64,000 nt of DNA, taken from NCBI GenBank assembly GCA_046713235.1, contig JBKKBZ010000116.1, positions 2,742 to 66,741 of the forward strand. The letters are read 5' to 3'. The notes under the pieces were generated by a model. The model was not told the origin of the DNA. It did no database searches and saw only the letters and a list, made by a program, of their open reading frames with translations. The stretch is from Actinomycetota bacterium. Its GTDB lineage: Bacteria > Actinomycetota > AC-67. Each line of letters begins with the position of its first letter. Position 1 is the stretch's first letter. The position numbers and the translations under genes were made by a program. Of this stretch, positions 20,360-29,402 are shown one piece after another.

Positions 20360-21082
20360 GTGCGAGAGGCGGTCGAGACCGAGGGGCGTACGGTCGAGGA
20401 AGCCATCGACGCGGCGCTGGATCTCCTCGGAGCGACCGATGACGAGGTCGAGATCAAGGTCCTCGCCGAGGGAGGCACCTGGCGGGGCAATGAGATCGCG
20501 CCGGCGCGAGTCCGGGTCGGTTTTCGCGATGAGCTCAGTCCCCAGGAGCGAGCCGAGCGAGAAGAGCGCGTGCGGGAGGAGCCTCTAGATCCGGCGCTCG
20601 GGGAAGAGATCCGCCGACAGGCCGAGGTTTGCCGTGATTTCCTGGTGGGGCTGCTCGAAAAGATGGATATCGAGGCCGAAGTTACCGCGTCGACCGGCCG
20701 GGACGGGGTGGAGTTGGAGATCGAGGCAGACGGGGACGACGGGGCGCTGCTCATAGGCCGGCACGGCCTGACCCTCGATGCGCTCCAGCTGCTTACGCGG
20801 GCTCAATCCTCACGCAGCGGTGGGCCTCGATTGCCGATATCCCTCGAGATCGCCGGATATCGAGCGCGCAGGAGGGCTTCTCTGCACCATCAGGCCGGGC
20901 GCGCTGCGGAGCGCGCCCGTCGGACGGGACGTAGCATTGCCTTGGCCCCCATGACCCCTCTTGAGCGCAAGGTCGTCCACGAGGCGATTGCCGAGCTCGG
21001 GGGCGTGCGATCCCGCAGCGAAGGGGAAGCCCTCGATCGACATGTGGTGATCGAGTGGGACCAATCGCATTCCAACGGTTAG
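20360..21082 (+). CDS. Jag/KhpB-like RNA-binding protein (Jag_N, KH, R3H)
   Basis: GTG start. C-terminal R3H motif PMTPLERKVVHEAIAELGGVRSRSEG. Position after yidC is conserved. Confidence 0.75.
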   Translation: MREAVETEGRTVEEAIDAALDLLGATDDEVEIKVLAEGGTWRGNEIAPARVRVGFRDELSPQERAEREERVREEPLDPALGEEIRRQAEVCRDFLVGLLEKMDIEAEVTASTGRDGVELEIEADGDDGALLIGRHGLTLDALQLLTRAQSSRSGGPRLPISLEIAGYRARRRASLHHQAGRAAERARRTGRSIALAPMTPLERKVVHEAIAELGGVRSRSEGEALDRHVVIEWDQSHSNG

Positions 21083-21096
21083 TTTCACGGGAAACA
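21081..21096. promoter_or_regulatory. parS-like site (AGTTTCACGGGAAACA)
   Basis: 14 of 16 match to the TGTTTCACGTGAAACA consensus. Sits at the jag/rsmG junction, where origin-proximal parS sites typically lie. Confidence 0.4.
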
Positions 21097-21704
21097 TGGA
21101 CGCGTCCTCGGTTGTTGCCGGGCTGCTCCACGAGTTGAGCCTGCCCGATCAGGTGCTCTCCCTGTTGCTCGCGCACGCGCAGGCCGTGGCCCGGGAGGCG
21201 GATCGCCTGGGGCTTGTCTCGGATCGAGACGTCGAGCGGGTCCTGCTCAGGCATACGGCCGACTCCCTCCTCGTCGCCCTAGCCCGTCGCCCCGCCGCGG
21301 GAGAGCGCTGGGTGGACGTGGGATCGGGCGCGGGATTCCCGGGCTTGGTCCTTGCGGCGGCGTTCCCTGCGACCCGGTTCGTCTTGCTCGAACCGCAGCA
21401 GCGCCGCGCCGGATTCCTCGACCTGCAGATTCTCACGCTCGGCCTCACGAACGCCGAAGTGCTGCGGCAACGCCTCGAGCAGTTTCCGCGGTCCTGGGCC
21501 GACGTGATCGTCGCTCGGGCGCTCGATCGGCCCCATAGCAGTCTTCTGCTCTTGCAGGAACCTCTGGTTGATGGAGGGATGGCGTTGATTCTCGGCGGGC
21601 CGGGGACCCCGGCTCCCGCCGGCGCCACAATCGTCGACGTCGCTCGTCCTTCCGTGGAGTCTCCCGGGATGGTGTTTATGATGGCCAAGGAGCCTAGAGT
21701 ATGA
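21096..21704 (+). CDS. rsmG: 16S rRNA (guanine527-N7)-methyltransferase RsmG/GidB
   Basis: SAM motif VDVGSGAGFPGLVLA. Conserved position. Confidence 0.85.
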   Translation: MDASSVVAGLLHELSLPDQVLSLLLAHAQAVAREADRLGLVSDRDVERVLLRHTADSLLVALARRPAAGERWVDVGSGAGFPGLVLAAAFPATRFVLLEPQQRRAGFLDLQILTLGLTNAEVLRQRLEQFPRSWADVIVARALDRPHSSLLLLQEPLVDGGMALILGGPGTPAPAGATIVDVARPSVESPGMVFMMAKEPRV

Positions 21705-21748
21705 TCCAGTTTTTGCCAGATAGTAAAGCCTACAAACCAGGATAACCG

Positions 21749-22615
21749 ATGGAAGATTCTGGGATTATTTTTTCATTCTGCAACCAGAAGGGCGGGGTGG
21801 GCAAGACGACCACCGCGGTCAATCTCGGCGCATGCCTTGCCGAGGTGGGCGCCAAGGTTCTTCTCGTAGACGTGGATCCTCAGGGAAACGCGTCCTCGGG
21901 GGTCGGCATCGTTCGGGATCAAGGCGCCGTCGGCACCTACGAGCTGCTGGGTGGCGCAGGCCTGGACGAGGCCGTCACGACGACGTCGGTGCCCGGTCTG
22001 GACGTGATTCCGTCGTCGATGGACCTGGCCGGAGCGGAGATCGAGCTCGTTTCGGCGCTGGCGCGCGAGTCCAAGCTGCGCGGCGCGCTGGCCCCAGCGC
22101 GGAGCCGTTACGACTACATCCTCGTAGACTCCCCGCCGTCGCTCGGCTTGCTGGCGATCAACGCGCTGGTGGCAGCCGACGCCGTAATCATCCCGATCCA
22201 GTGCGAGTACTACGCGCTGGAGGGCCTGGGACAGCTCCTGCGCACGATCGATCTCGTTCGCGAGGGATTGAACGGCGATCTCGAGATCGGGGGCGTCGTG
22301 CTCACCATGTACGACGCACGCACCAGGCTGTCGGAGCAGGTGGTGAACGATGTGCGCGCCCACCTCGGGGACGTCGTCTTTCGCATGGTCATTCCGCGTT
22401 CGGTTCGGCTGTCTGAAGCGCCGGGCTATGGAAAGCCGGTGACACTCTACGATTCGGCATCGCGAGGTGCGTTTACCTACAGGGCGCTGTGTCGTGAGCT
22501 CGTGCACCGCTGGCCACGGGGCGCCGCCGCGGCGCTGCTCGACCAGCCGGCCGCGGTCGTGAGCCTGGACGATCGAGTCGAGCGTTCGGCCGGCGTCGAG
22601 AGGAGAGCAGGGTGA
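21749..22615 (+). CDS. parA: Chromosome partitioning ATPase ParA/Soj
   Basis: Deviant Walker A CNQKGGVGKTTTAVNLG. Has an about 35-aa C-terminal extension. Confidence 0.9.
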   Translation: MEDSGIIFSFCNQKGGVGKTTTAVNLGACLAEVGAKVLLVDVDPQGNASSGVGIVRDQGAVGTYELLGGAGLDEAVTTTSVPGLDVIPSSMDLAGAEIELVSALARESKLRGALAPARSRYDYILVDSPPSLGLLAINALVAADAVIIPIQCEYYALEGLGQLLRTIDLVREGLNGDLEIGGVVLTMYDARTRLSEQVVNDVRAHLGDVVFRMVIPRSVRLSEAPGYGKPVTLYDSASRGAFTYRALCRELVHRWPRGAAAALLDQPAAVVSLDDRVERSAGVERRAG

Positions 22616-23475
22616 GCAGAGCAGCGGGAGGACTCGGCAGGGGGTTGTCGGCGTTGCTGCAGCCGGACTCCGGCATTGGCTATCGCGACGTGCCGGTCGG
22701 GGACATCGTCCCCAACCCTCGGCAGCCGCGTCGAACCTTTGACCCTCAAGCCGTCGATGACTTGACGGCGTCGATTCGCGCCGTCGGCGTCTTGCAGCCG
22801 GTCGTGGTACGCAGGGATGGAGAACGATTTCAGCTCGTGGTTGGTGAGCGTCGCTGGCGTGCCGCGATGAAGGCCGGCCTGGAGCGCATCCCCGCGATCG
22901 TTCGCGAGACCGACGACTTCTCGATGCTGAGCGAAGCGCTGATCGAAAATCTTCAGCGGGAGGACCTCAATCCACTCGAGGAGGCGGCGGCCTTTCGCGC
23001 GCTGATCGAGGACGGGGGACTGACTCACGACGACGTTGCGAACCGGGTGGGTAGAAGCCGGGCCGCGGTGACGAACGCGCTCCGGCTGCTCGGCTTGGCG
23101 CCGGGCGTCCAGGAGCGCCTCGCTTCCGGGGCGCTCTCGGCGGCACACGGCCGGGCGATTGCCGCGCTCGCGGATGCCGCAACGCAGGAGCGAGCGGCTA
23201 CCCGCGTTCTGGCTGAAGGGCTAAGCGTGAGGGCAGCCGAGGAACTCGTCCGGCGGCTCGCGGCGTCCGGAGAACGGCTGGCGGAACGCGCGGCAAAGAC
23301 CCGACGCGCGCCGCCGGAGAGGCCGCCGGGAATCCTGGAAGTGGAGCGCCGGCTGTCGGATATGCTGGATACGCGCGTACGCATCCGCACAACGGGCCGG
23401 CGCGGGAGCATCGAGGTCGAGTTCGCCGACCTCGAGGACCTCGAGCGGATCTGGCGCGCGATCGCCCCCAAATAG
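22612..23475 (+). CDS. parB: Chromosome partitioning protein ParB/Spo0J
   Basis: GERRWRAA box, HTH and a C-terminal dimerisation domain. 4-nt overlap with parA. Confidence 0.9.
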   Translation: MSRAAGGLGRGLSALLQPDSGIGYRDVPVGDIVPNPRQPRRTFDPQAVDDLTASIRAVGVLQPVVVRRDGERFQLVVGERRWRAAMKAGLERIPAIVRETDDFSMLSEALIENLQREDLNPLEEAAAFRALIEDGGLTHDDVANRVGRSRAAVTNALRLLGLAPGVQERLASGALSAAHGRAIAALADAATQERAATRVLAEGLSVRAAEELVRRLAASGERLAERAAKTRRAPPERPPGILEVERRLSDMLDTRVRIRTTGRRGSIEVEFADLEDLERIWRAIAPK

Positions 23476-23499
23476 CGACCGTACACACAGGAGCGTCCG

Positions 23500-24669
23500 G
23501 TGGAGTTCCGCCGCATCGATCGCCTGCCGCCCTACGTTTTCAACGTCGTCAACGAGCTGAAGGCCCTGGCCCGGCGAGAAGGAGACGACGTCGTCGACCT
23601 CGGCATGGGGAATCCTGATCTCGCGACCCCTGCTCGCGTCGTCGAGAAGCTCGTCGAGGCGGCGCAAAACTCGCGCAATCACCGCTACTCGACGAGCCGG
23701 GGCATCCCCAAACTCCGATCGGCGATTTGCGATTGGTACCGGCGCCGCTACGGGGTCCGGCTTGATCCGGAAACGGAGGTTACCTCGACGATCGGGGCCA
23801 AAGAGGGTCTGAGCCATCTGGCCTGGGCGCTGGTCGAACCCGGAGACACCTGCCTCGTTCCGGAACCGACTTACCCCATCCACACGTTCTCGCTGGCCCT
23901 GGCCGGAGCACAGGTGCGCTCCGTACCTCTCGGGCCGGAGGAGGATGTCTTCGCGAATCTTCTGGCGGCATATGAGAGCACTTGGCCGCGTCCCCGCGTT
24001 GTGCTCACGAGTTTTCCGCACAACCCGACCACGGCGTGCGTCGACCGAACGTTCTTCGAGCGGCTCGTGCAGTTCGCGCACGAGCGTAACCTGATGGTGA
24101 TTCACGATTTCGCCTACGCGGACTTGTGCTTCGACGGCTACCACGCGCCGAGCTTTCTCGAAGTTCCCGGTGCCATCGACGTCGGCGTCGAGGTGTTTTC
24201 GTTGTCGAAATCCTTCTCGATGCCCGGCTGGCGCATTGCCTTCGTGGTGGGCAACCGGGAGATGGTCGGCGCGTTGACGCGCCTGAAGTCCTATCTCGAC
24301 TACGGCGTGTTCCAGCCGATTCAGATCGCGGCGATCATCGCGCTCAATGAGTGCGAGGACGAGACCAAGGTCTTCAACGACATCTACCGCTCACGGCGCG
24401 ACGCGCTCATCGAGGGGCTGGCTCGCGCCGGCTGGGAGGTGCCCTCGCCGAAAGCGACGATGTTCGTCTGGGCGGCCATTCCCAACGAGCACAGAGAGAA
24501 GGGGTCTCTGGAGTTCGCGAAGATGCTCCTGGCCGAAGCCAAGGTGGCCGTCGCGCCGGGGATCGGGTTCGGCCGGGCCGGCGACGGCTTCGTGCGATTC
24601 GCGCTCGTGGAGAACGAGCATCGCATTCGGCAAGCCGCTCGCGGCATCAAGCGTGCCCTGGGAGGTTGA
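23500..24669 (+). CDS. PLP-dependent aminotransferase, class I (alanine/aspartate aminotransferase-like)
   Basis: GTG start. [15 protein letters not shown] matches the SxSK PLP-lysine motif. 389 aa. Confidence 0.8.
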   Translation: MEFRRIDRLPPYVFNVVNELKALARREGDDVVDLGMGNPDLATPARVVEKLVEAAQNSRNHRYSTSRGIPKLRSAICDWYRRRYGVRLDPETEVTSTIGAKEGLSHLAWALVEPGDTCLVPEPTYPIHTFSLALAGAQVRSVPLGPEEDVFANLLAAYESTWPRPRVVLTSFPHNPTTACVDRTFFERLVQFAHERNLMVIHDFAYADLCFDGYHAPSFLEVPGAIDVGVEVFSLSKSFSMPGWRIAFVVGNREMVGALTRLKSYLDYGVFQPIQIAAIIALNECEDETKVFNDIYRSRRDALIEGLARAGWEVPSPKATMFVWAAIPNEHREKGSLEFAKMLLAEAKVAVAPGIGFGRAGDGFVRFALVENEHRIRQAARGIKRALGG

Positions 24670-24676
24670 TGAGGAC

Positions 24677-24814
24677 GTGACGGAAGACGTTCGGAGTCGT
24701 GGGATCGCCGAAGGCAGCGAGGTGCGGCGCGCCACGATCGCGGTCGCGCTCGGCGCCGCCGTCGGCGTCGTACTCGGATTCCTGCTACGGAGAGACGACC
24801 GCGAGGAGCACTGA
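24677..24814 (+). CDS. Possible 45-aa single-TM peptide
   Basis: GTG start. Sequence VTEDVRSRGIAEGSEVRRATIAVALGAAVGVVLGFLLRRDDREEH. Its stop overlaps the next ATG (TGATG). Confidence 0.25.
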   Translation: MTEDVRSRGIAEGSEVRRATIAVALGAAVGVVLGFLLRRDDREEH

Positions 24815-25440
24815 TGGGCCGGCGGATCCAGGACTTGGCGCTCGGGACACTGGACCAGTTGCCGCTCAGGTGCCGGGGATGCGTTTTCTGGGAGCTCTCG
24901 CCACTGGAGCGGGCCCTTGCGATGGAGCACGATCCCGAATTCGAAAAGGAGGCCTGGGTTTCCTCGGTCTCCCTGGAGTCCGGGAACTGCGGAAAGACGG
25001 CCTACGTCGACGGCCGGCCGGCCGGCTACGCGCTTGCGGGACTCCCGGAGGACTTTCCACGCGCCGACTTCTTTCCCGCGAAGGTGTCGAAGGACGCGTA
25101 TCTGCTCGCCACGCTTTACGTCATCCCGGAGTTCGCCGGACGGGGTATCGGCAAAGCAATGATCCAGGCGGTGTTGAGGGACGCAAAGGAGCGCGGGAAG
25201 CGAGCGCTCGAGTGCTTTGCAGACCGCCGTTGGGCCGGCCCCGATTGCATGATCCCGGCCGAGTTCTGCGAGGCGGTGGGCTTCAAGATCAAGCGTGACC
25301 ACATGCGGTTTCCGTTAATGCGGATCGATGTGCGTTCGCTGGCCAAGGTCGCCGAAACCATGGAGGCGGCGGTGGAGGCTTTCCTAGAGGCCGTTCGGGT
25401 GACAGAGCCTGCCACCCGTCCCGCAGGCATGCGGCCCTAG
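24814..25440 (+). CDS. GNAT-family N-acetyltransferase
   Basis: AcCoA-binding-like motif PEFAGRGIGKAMIQAV. 208 aa. Confidence 0.6.
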   Translation: MGRRIQDLALGTLDQLPLRCRGCVFWELSPLERALAMEHDPEFEKEAWVSSVSLESGNCGKTAYVDGRPAGYALAGLPEDFPRADFFPAKVSKDAYLLATLYVIPEFAGRGIGKAMIQAVLRDAKERGKRALECFADRRWAGPDCMIPAEFCEAVGFKIKRDHMRFPLMRIDVRSLAKVAETMEAAVEAFLEAVRVTEPATRPAGMRP

Positions 25441-25448
25441 CGCGTTTG

Positions 25449-26540
25449 CTAGGCAGGGACGGCGGACGAAGCGAATCGCCCGACGGCCTCCGCCAGCGCG
25501 CCGGCAAGCATGCGGCGGAACCTATCGTCGGCGAGTAGCGCCTCATCGGCCGGGCTCGTCAGGTAAGCGGGCTCGAGGTGAACCGCCGGCATGCGAGTCT
25601 CTCGCAAAATCGGCCACGTCTTGGCGTGCGTCCGGCCGTCGGTGAGGCCGAGCCCACACACGGCCGATTGGCAGAGATCGGCGAGTCTGGCTCCTACCTG
25701 AGACTCGAATCGCTCGTGTCCGTAGTAGAAGGTTGCCGATCCGCTCGCCGCCGAATCGGTGTGTGCCGCGGTGTGGATCGAAAGAAAGATGTCGGCGGAA
25801 AGGCGATTGGCAAGATGTGCCCGTTCCCGGTCGGTTGGGTTCGCCATGTCGTCACGCGTCAGGAACACCGATGCCCCGGAAACCGCGAGGCGTTCCTCGA
25901 GATGCCGGGCGACGGCATACACGCAGTCGGCTTCTGCCAGGCCGTCCGGACCCACATCTCCGCGGTCGGGACCGCCATGTCCCGGGTCGATCACTACGAC
26001 CAGCCCGGGCGTGCCGGCAAGACGGCGAAAGGACTCGCGCTCACGAATCGGCCCCACCTGAGGAACGGTTGGGTGAGCGAGATGGGGAAGGCCGGCCAGC
26101 GCGCGAACCGTCGATTCCCCGACGATCGCGTCGGGGGGGAGTCCGTAATTCTCCTGAAACTCGCGCAACGCAAGCGCGGTTCGGGGCCCGAGAATGCCGT
26201 CGACCCTGCCGGCGTCGAATCCGAGCGCGCTCAACCGCTCCTGAAGCTCCCGCACGTCGTCGCCGCGGATCTGTGGGGAACGCAGATACAGCGTGCGATC
26301 GCCCAGCCGCCAGGAGGCCTCCACTAGCTCGCGCCAGGTATCGGGACCGACGAGACCGTCTACGAGAAGACCTCGCGCTTGCTGGAAAGAGCTGACGGCT
26401 TGAGCCGTTCCGGAACCGAACGCCCGGCTCCCCTCGTCCTCGCCTACCGAATGGCCGAGAGCGATCAGCCGCTGCTGGATGTCGCGGACTGCTCGTCCTC
26501 GGGCTCCCGGTCCGATGACCATGGCGCTATCCTTCCCCAA
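25449..26540 (-). CDS. cwlM: CwlM-like N-acetylmuramoyl-L-alanine amidase with two PG-binding domains
   Basis: Two PG_binding_1-like repeats (LVDGLVGPDTWREL, VDGILGPRTALALREFQ) and an Amidase_3 core (VVIDPGHGG...SIHTAAH). Confidence 0.8.
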   Translation of the reverse strand: MGKDSAMVIGPGARGRAVRDIQQRLIALGHSVGEDEGSRAFGSGTAQAVSSFQQARGLLVDGLVGPDTWRELVEASWRLGDRTLYLRSPQIRGDDVRELQERLSALGFDAGRVDGILGPRTALALREFQENYGLPPDAIVGESTVRALAGLPHLAHPTVPQVGPIRERESFRRLAGTPGLVVVIDPGHGGPDRGDVGPDGLAEADCVYAVARHLEERLAVSGASVFLTRDDMANPTDRERAHLANRLSADIFLSIHTAAHTDSAASGSATFYYGHERFESQVGARLADLCQSAVCGLGLTDGRTHAKTWPILRETRMPAVHLEPAYLTSPADEALLADDRFRRMLAGALAEAVGRFASSAVPA

Positions 26541-26685
26541 TCGTCCCCTCGAAGCGAACTCCTGGAGTGGGCAGATCTCTGCTGTGGGGGTCTCGTCGTT
26601 GAGAGCACCGGCCGGGTTCGAATCCGTTCACCTCCACAACCGCTTCTGGCCTGCGCGTTTGAGAAATGCACCCCACCGGTTCGCG

Positions 26686-26701
26686 AACCGGCGCGCCTCG
26701 A
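26686..26701 (-). terminator. Perfect 16-bp palindrome CCGGTTCGCGAACCGG, probable hicAB terminator hairpin
   Basis: Sits about 34 nt downstream of the hicB stop on the minus strand. The minus-strand sequence after it is GGTGGGGTGCATTTCTC, which is relatively T-rich. Confidence 0.4.
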
Positions 26702-26734
26702 GATCGGTTGCCGCGACTTGTGGGCTGGGCAGGG

Positions 26735-26950
26735 CTACCGAGCGTAGATGGCGGGCCGATAACGGGGGCGCGGAATCGGTCGCCCTTCCTCACGGGCTGC
26801 CGCGAGCCACGCTTCCTTCGCGCGGTTGACTTCCGCGACCGCCTCCTCGGGAGTCTTGCCGAAGGCGGAGCACGCCTCAAGGTCGGGGATGTCGGCGATG
26901 TAGCCGCCGTCCTCCTCGCTGTAGAAAACGTTGATGTGGTAGTCGCTCAC
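26735..26950 (-). CDS. hicB: HicB-family (UPF0150) antitoxin
   Basis: YHINVFYSEEDGGYIADIPDLEACSAFGKTPEEAVAEVNRAKEAWL is the classic HicB-like N-terminal fold signature. Confidence 0.7.
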   Translation of the reverse strand: MSDYHINVFYSEEDGGYIADIPDLEACSAFGKTPEEAVAEVNRAKEAWLAAAREEGRPIPRPRYRPAIYAR

Positions 26951-27279
26951 CGGTCCTCCCTGAGCTTCAAAGCATACCGTTCAACGAGCTTCATGAGCTG
27001 ACGGACCTGGTAGGGCTTCGCCTGACCGCTCACCTCTTGGAGGTTGACGAGCTCCGAGAGGTCCGGATGGCCGTAGATGTGATGACTCCCTGAGACCCGC
27101 TTTCGCTCGAACCCAAAGGCCTCCACGAGCCGGGCAAGATCATCGAACGAGACGTTCTTCACCGATCCTCGGGCTACGCGGCGAAGGAGCTTGCGAGGAT
27201 CCACGAGAACCACCCTATCGGGGACCGCCGTCACAATACCGAGGTCGCCGTTCGTGTGGACCGCGACCGCTGAGTCCAT
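26947..27279 (-). CDS. hicA: HicA/YcfA-family toxin (putative mRNA interferase) with N-terminal extension
   Basis: DLARLVEAFGFERKRVSGSHHIYGHPD matches the HicA core. 4-nt overlap with hicB and toxin-first order. Local GC is clearly lower than its surroundings. Confidence 0.55.
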   Translation of the reverse strand: MDSAVAVHTNGDLGIVTAVPDRVVLVDPRKLLRRVARGSVKNVSFDDLARLVEAFGFERKRVSGSHHIYGHPDLSELVNLQEVSGQAKPYQVRQLMKLVERYALKLREDR

Positions 27280-27484
27280 CTTGGAGAAGGTCGCGCGGGG
27301 TCGCGTGGCCCTCGCACAAACCGCCGGTTAAACATGAGACACCACACTAGGGAAGCCCCGAGTTCAGCCCGCCCTCCCGCGCCGAGGGGAGCGTTGCGGA
27401 CGCCCCGTAGCCCGGCAACGGGCTCAACTCGCGTGGATCGGTCGGGATTGTTGTGGCACTCGACCAACTGGTCGGCCACCTCGG

Positions 27485-27814
27485 TTAGGTGATGAATTCC
27501 TGGAGTTCGCCGAGGATCTGGGCCTTGCCTCGGGCGCCGACCACGCGGCGCTTTTCGACCCCATCCACGAAGAGCAGCATGGAGGGGATCGACATGATCC
27601 CGTAGCGCATCGAGGTTTGGGGGTTTGAGTCCACGTCGAGCTTGACGATGGTCAGGTTCCCCTGCTTTTCCTGGGCGATTTCCTCAAGGACCGGGGCCAC
27701 CATATGGCATGGCCCGCACCAGTCCGCCCAGAAGTCGACGAGGACGGGCGTACCGGCCTTGAGAACCTTCTCCTCGAAATCCGAATCGGTGACTTGGATG
27801 ATTGGGCCGCTCAT
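27485..27814 (-). CDS. trxA: Thioredoxin
   Basis: WCGPC active site. 109 aa. Confidence 0.9.
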   Translation of the reverse strand: MSGPIIQVTDSDFEEKVLKAGTPVLVDFWADWCGPCHMVAPVLEEIAQEKQGNLTIVKLDVDSNPQTSMRYGIMSIPSMLLFVDGVEKRRVVGARGKAQILGELQEFIT

Positions 27815-27902
27815 GGTGGGAATCCTCCGTGTCGATGGTCGTCAGAGTCTAATACCGAGCCTCGACGCCCGAAACGTCGTCCCGGCTCCGCCTATTCCCG
27901 GC

Positions 27903-29036
27903 TCAGATCGCTTGCCCGTGCGCCTCGATGCGCCCGAGGTCCAGCTCCACACCGAGCCCCGGCTTGGCCGGAAGAGCTATCGTTCCGTCTGCGTCTACTC
28001 GAAACGGTTCGGCGAGCATCGCGTCGCGCCCTTCGGGGACCCATCCCGGCGGGTCGTAGGGGAACTCTATGAGCGCGCCGTTCGTCGCGGCGAGCACATG
28101 AAGATTCGCGGCGAAACCGAGCCCGTTGGACCAGGCGTGCGGCATGAATCCGATGCCGAACTGCTCGGCCGTACGTGCTAGGGACAGCGCCCCGGCAATG
28201 CCACCGCTGACCGTCGCGTCCGGCTGGATGATGTCGACCGCGCGGCGCTCAATCAGCTCCCGCACCGGCCAGATGTCCCCGGCAAACTCCCCCCCGGCGA
28301 TGGGGGTGGTCGTCTGGTCGCGCAGGCGACGGTAGCCTTCGAAATCGAACTGATCCAGCGGTTCCTCCAGCCAGGCGACCCCGTACTCCTCGTACGCGCG
28401 AGCGGTCGCGAGGGCCCGTTTGAAATCCCACCGCGGTCCCTGTGCGAAGACGTCGACGCGCCATCCCTGGTTGGCGTCGGCGGCGACGCCGAACTCGTCG
28501 CCGACCGCTTCTCGGACGGTGCGCACCTCGTCGACGTCCTCACGCATGGACTCGTGGCGCGGCCGGAGCTTCACGCAGCGAAAGCCGGCCTCCCGGGCGG
28601 CCAGCGCGTCGTCGGCTCGCCGCTTGGCCTCCCGCATCTCCCCGAACGACGCGTACGCCGGGACCCGGTCGCGTGTACCGCCGAGGTAGCGATACAACGG
28701 CAAGCCGGCCGCTTTCGCGGCGAGGTCGTAGAGCGCCGTCTCGATGAACCACACGCGCAGGCCCAGCGCGCGAACGGCGGCCTCGAGGATAGGACGCAGC
28801 TCCGCGGGTCGCGATGGGTCGCGCCCGATGAGGAAGGCGCGCATGAGATTCACCGGACCACGCGGCTCGTCGGCGAACGCCACCCACCCCGCGTAGCCCT
28901 CGAGGCCATCGTCGGTGACCAGGCGATAGACCACGCATGAGTTGTTGGGATTGGCGAGGCCGGGGATCCACGCCGGCGAGAAAGGCGCCGGAAGCGGGAA
29001 ATGGCATATCCATGCGTCGATGCGGTCGATCTTCAT
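27903..29036 (-). CDS. Mandelate racemase/muconate lactonizing enzyme-family (enolase superfamily) protein
   Basis: 377 aa. MR/MLE C-terminal barrel with conserved metal-binding region (ADANQGW, EEPLD, IIQPD). Confidence 0.8.
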   Translation of the reverse strand: MKIDRIDAWICHFPLPAPFSPAWIPGLANPNNSCVVYRLVTDDGLEGYAGWVAFADEPRGPVNLMRAFLIGRDPSRPAELRPILEAAVRALGLRVWFIETALYDLAAKAAGLPLYRYLGGTRDRVPAYASFGEMREAKRRADDALAAREAGFRCVKLRPRHESMREDVDEVRTVREAVGDEFGVAADANQGWRVDVFAQGPRWDFKRALATARAYEEYGVAWLEEPLDQFDFEGYRRLRDQTTTPIAGGEFAGDIWPVRELIERRAVDIIQPDATVSGGIAGALSLARTAEQFGIGFMPHAWSNGLGFAANLHVLAATNGALIEFPYDPPGWVPEGRDAMLAEPFRVDADGTIALPAKPGLGVELDLGRIEAHGQAI

Positions 29037-29402
29037 CGGCGTCCCCCTGGTCGGTCGGCGTGGCTATCCTCGCACAGGGCCCGAACCGTGCGTCAAGCTG
29101 CTGAGGTAGGATGCGCTTTCGTGCCCCGCTATCTTCGTTGGATTGCCGCGGCGACGAGTGCCGTGATGGTGCAGTTCGCGTTCTTCGTAGGCGTCGGCGC
29201 GGTAGCGGTTGGAACCGGGAACAAGGAGCTGTCGGGAGGGATCGGGCTGTTGGTTACGCTCGGCTCGACGCTGGTGCCCGTTCTCGTGGCGCTTGCAGTC
29301 AACGATTGGCTTGCCCGCCGCTACCCGGCCACGGCGCAAGAGTCTTCTGAAACCGGGGCGGCCGGGCGACTCGCGCCGGTCGAGCCGTCAGTGCCCGAGT
29401 GA
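29001..29402 (+). CDS. Possible small membrane protein
   Basis: Two hydrophobic helices (AAATSAVMVQFAFFVGVGAVAVG and LLVTLGSTLVPVLVALAV). Start is uncertain and it overlaps both neighbours. Confidence 0.3.
   Translation: MAYPCVDAVDLHRRPPGRSAWLSSHRARTVRQAAEVGCAFVPRYLRWIAAATSAVMVQFAFFVGVGAVAVGTGNKELSGGIGLLVTLGSTLVPVLVALAVNDWLARRYPATAQESSETGAAGRLAPVEPSVPE

Noticed and set aside
26563-26636. Functional tRNA gene call for the T-loop-containing element
   Set aside because: The D-stem and T-stem do not pair, there is no CCA, and the anticodon stem is only 4 bp. It is treated as a remnant or att-like fragment rather than a tRNA.
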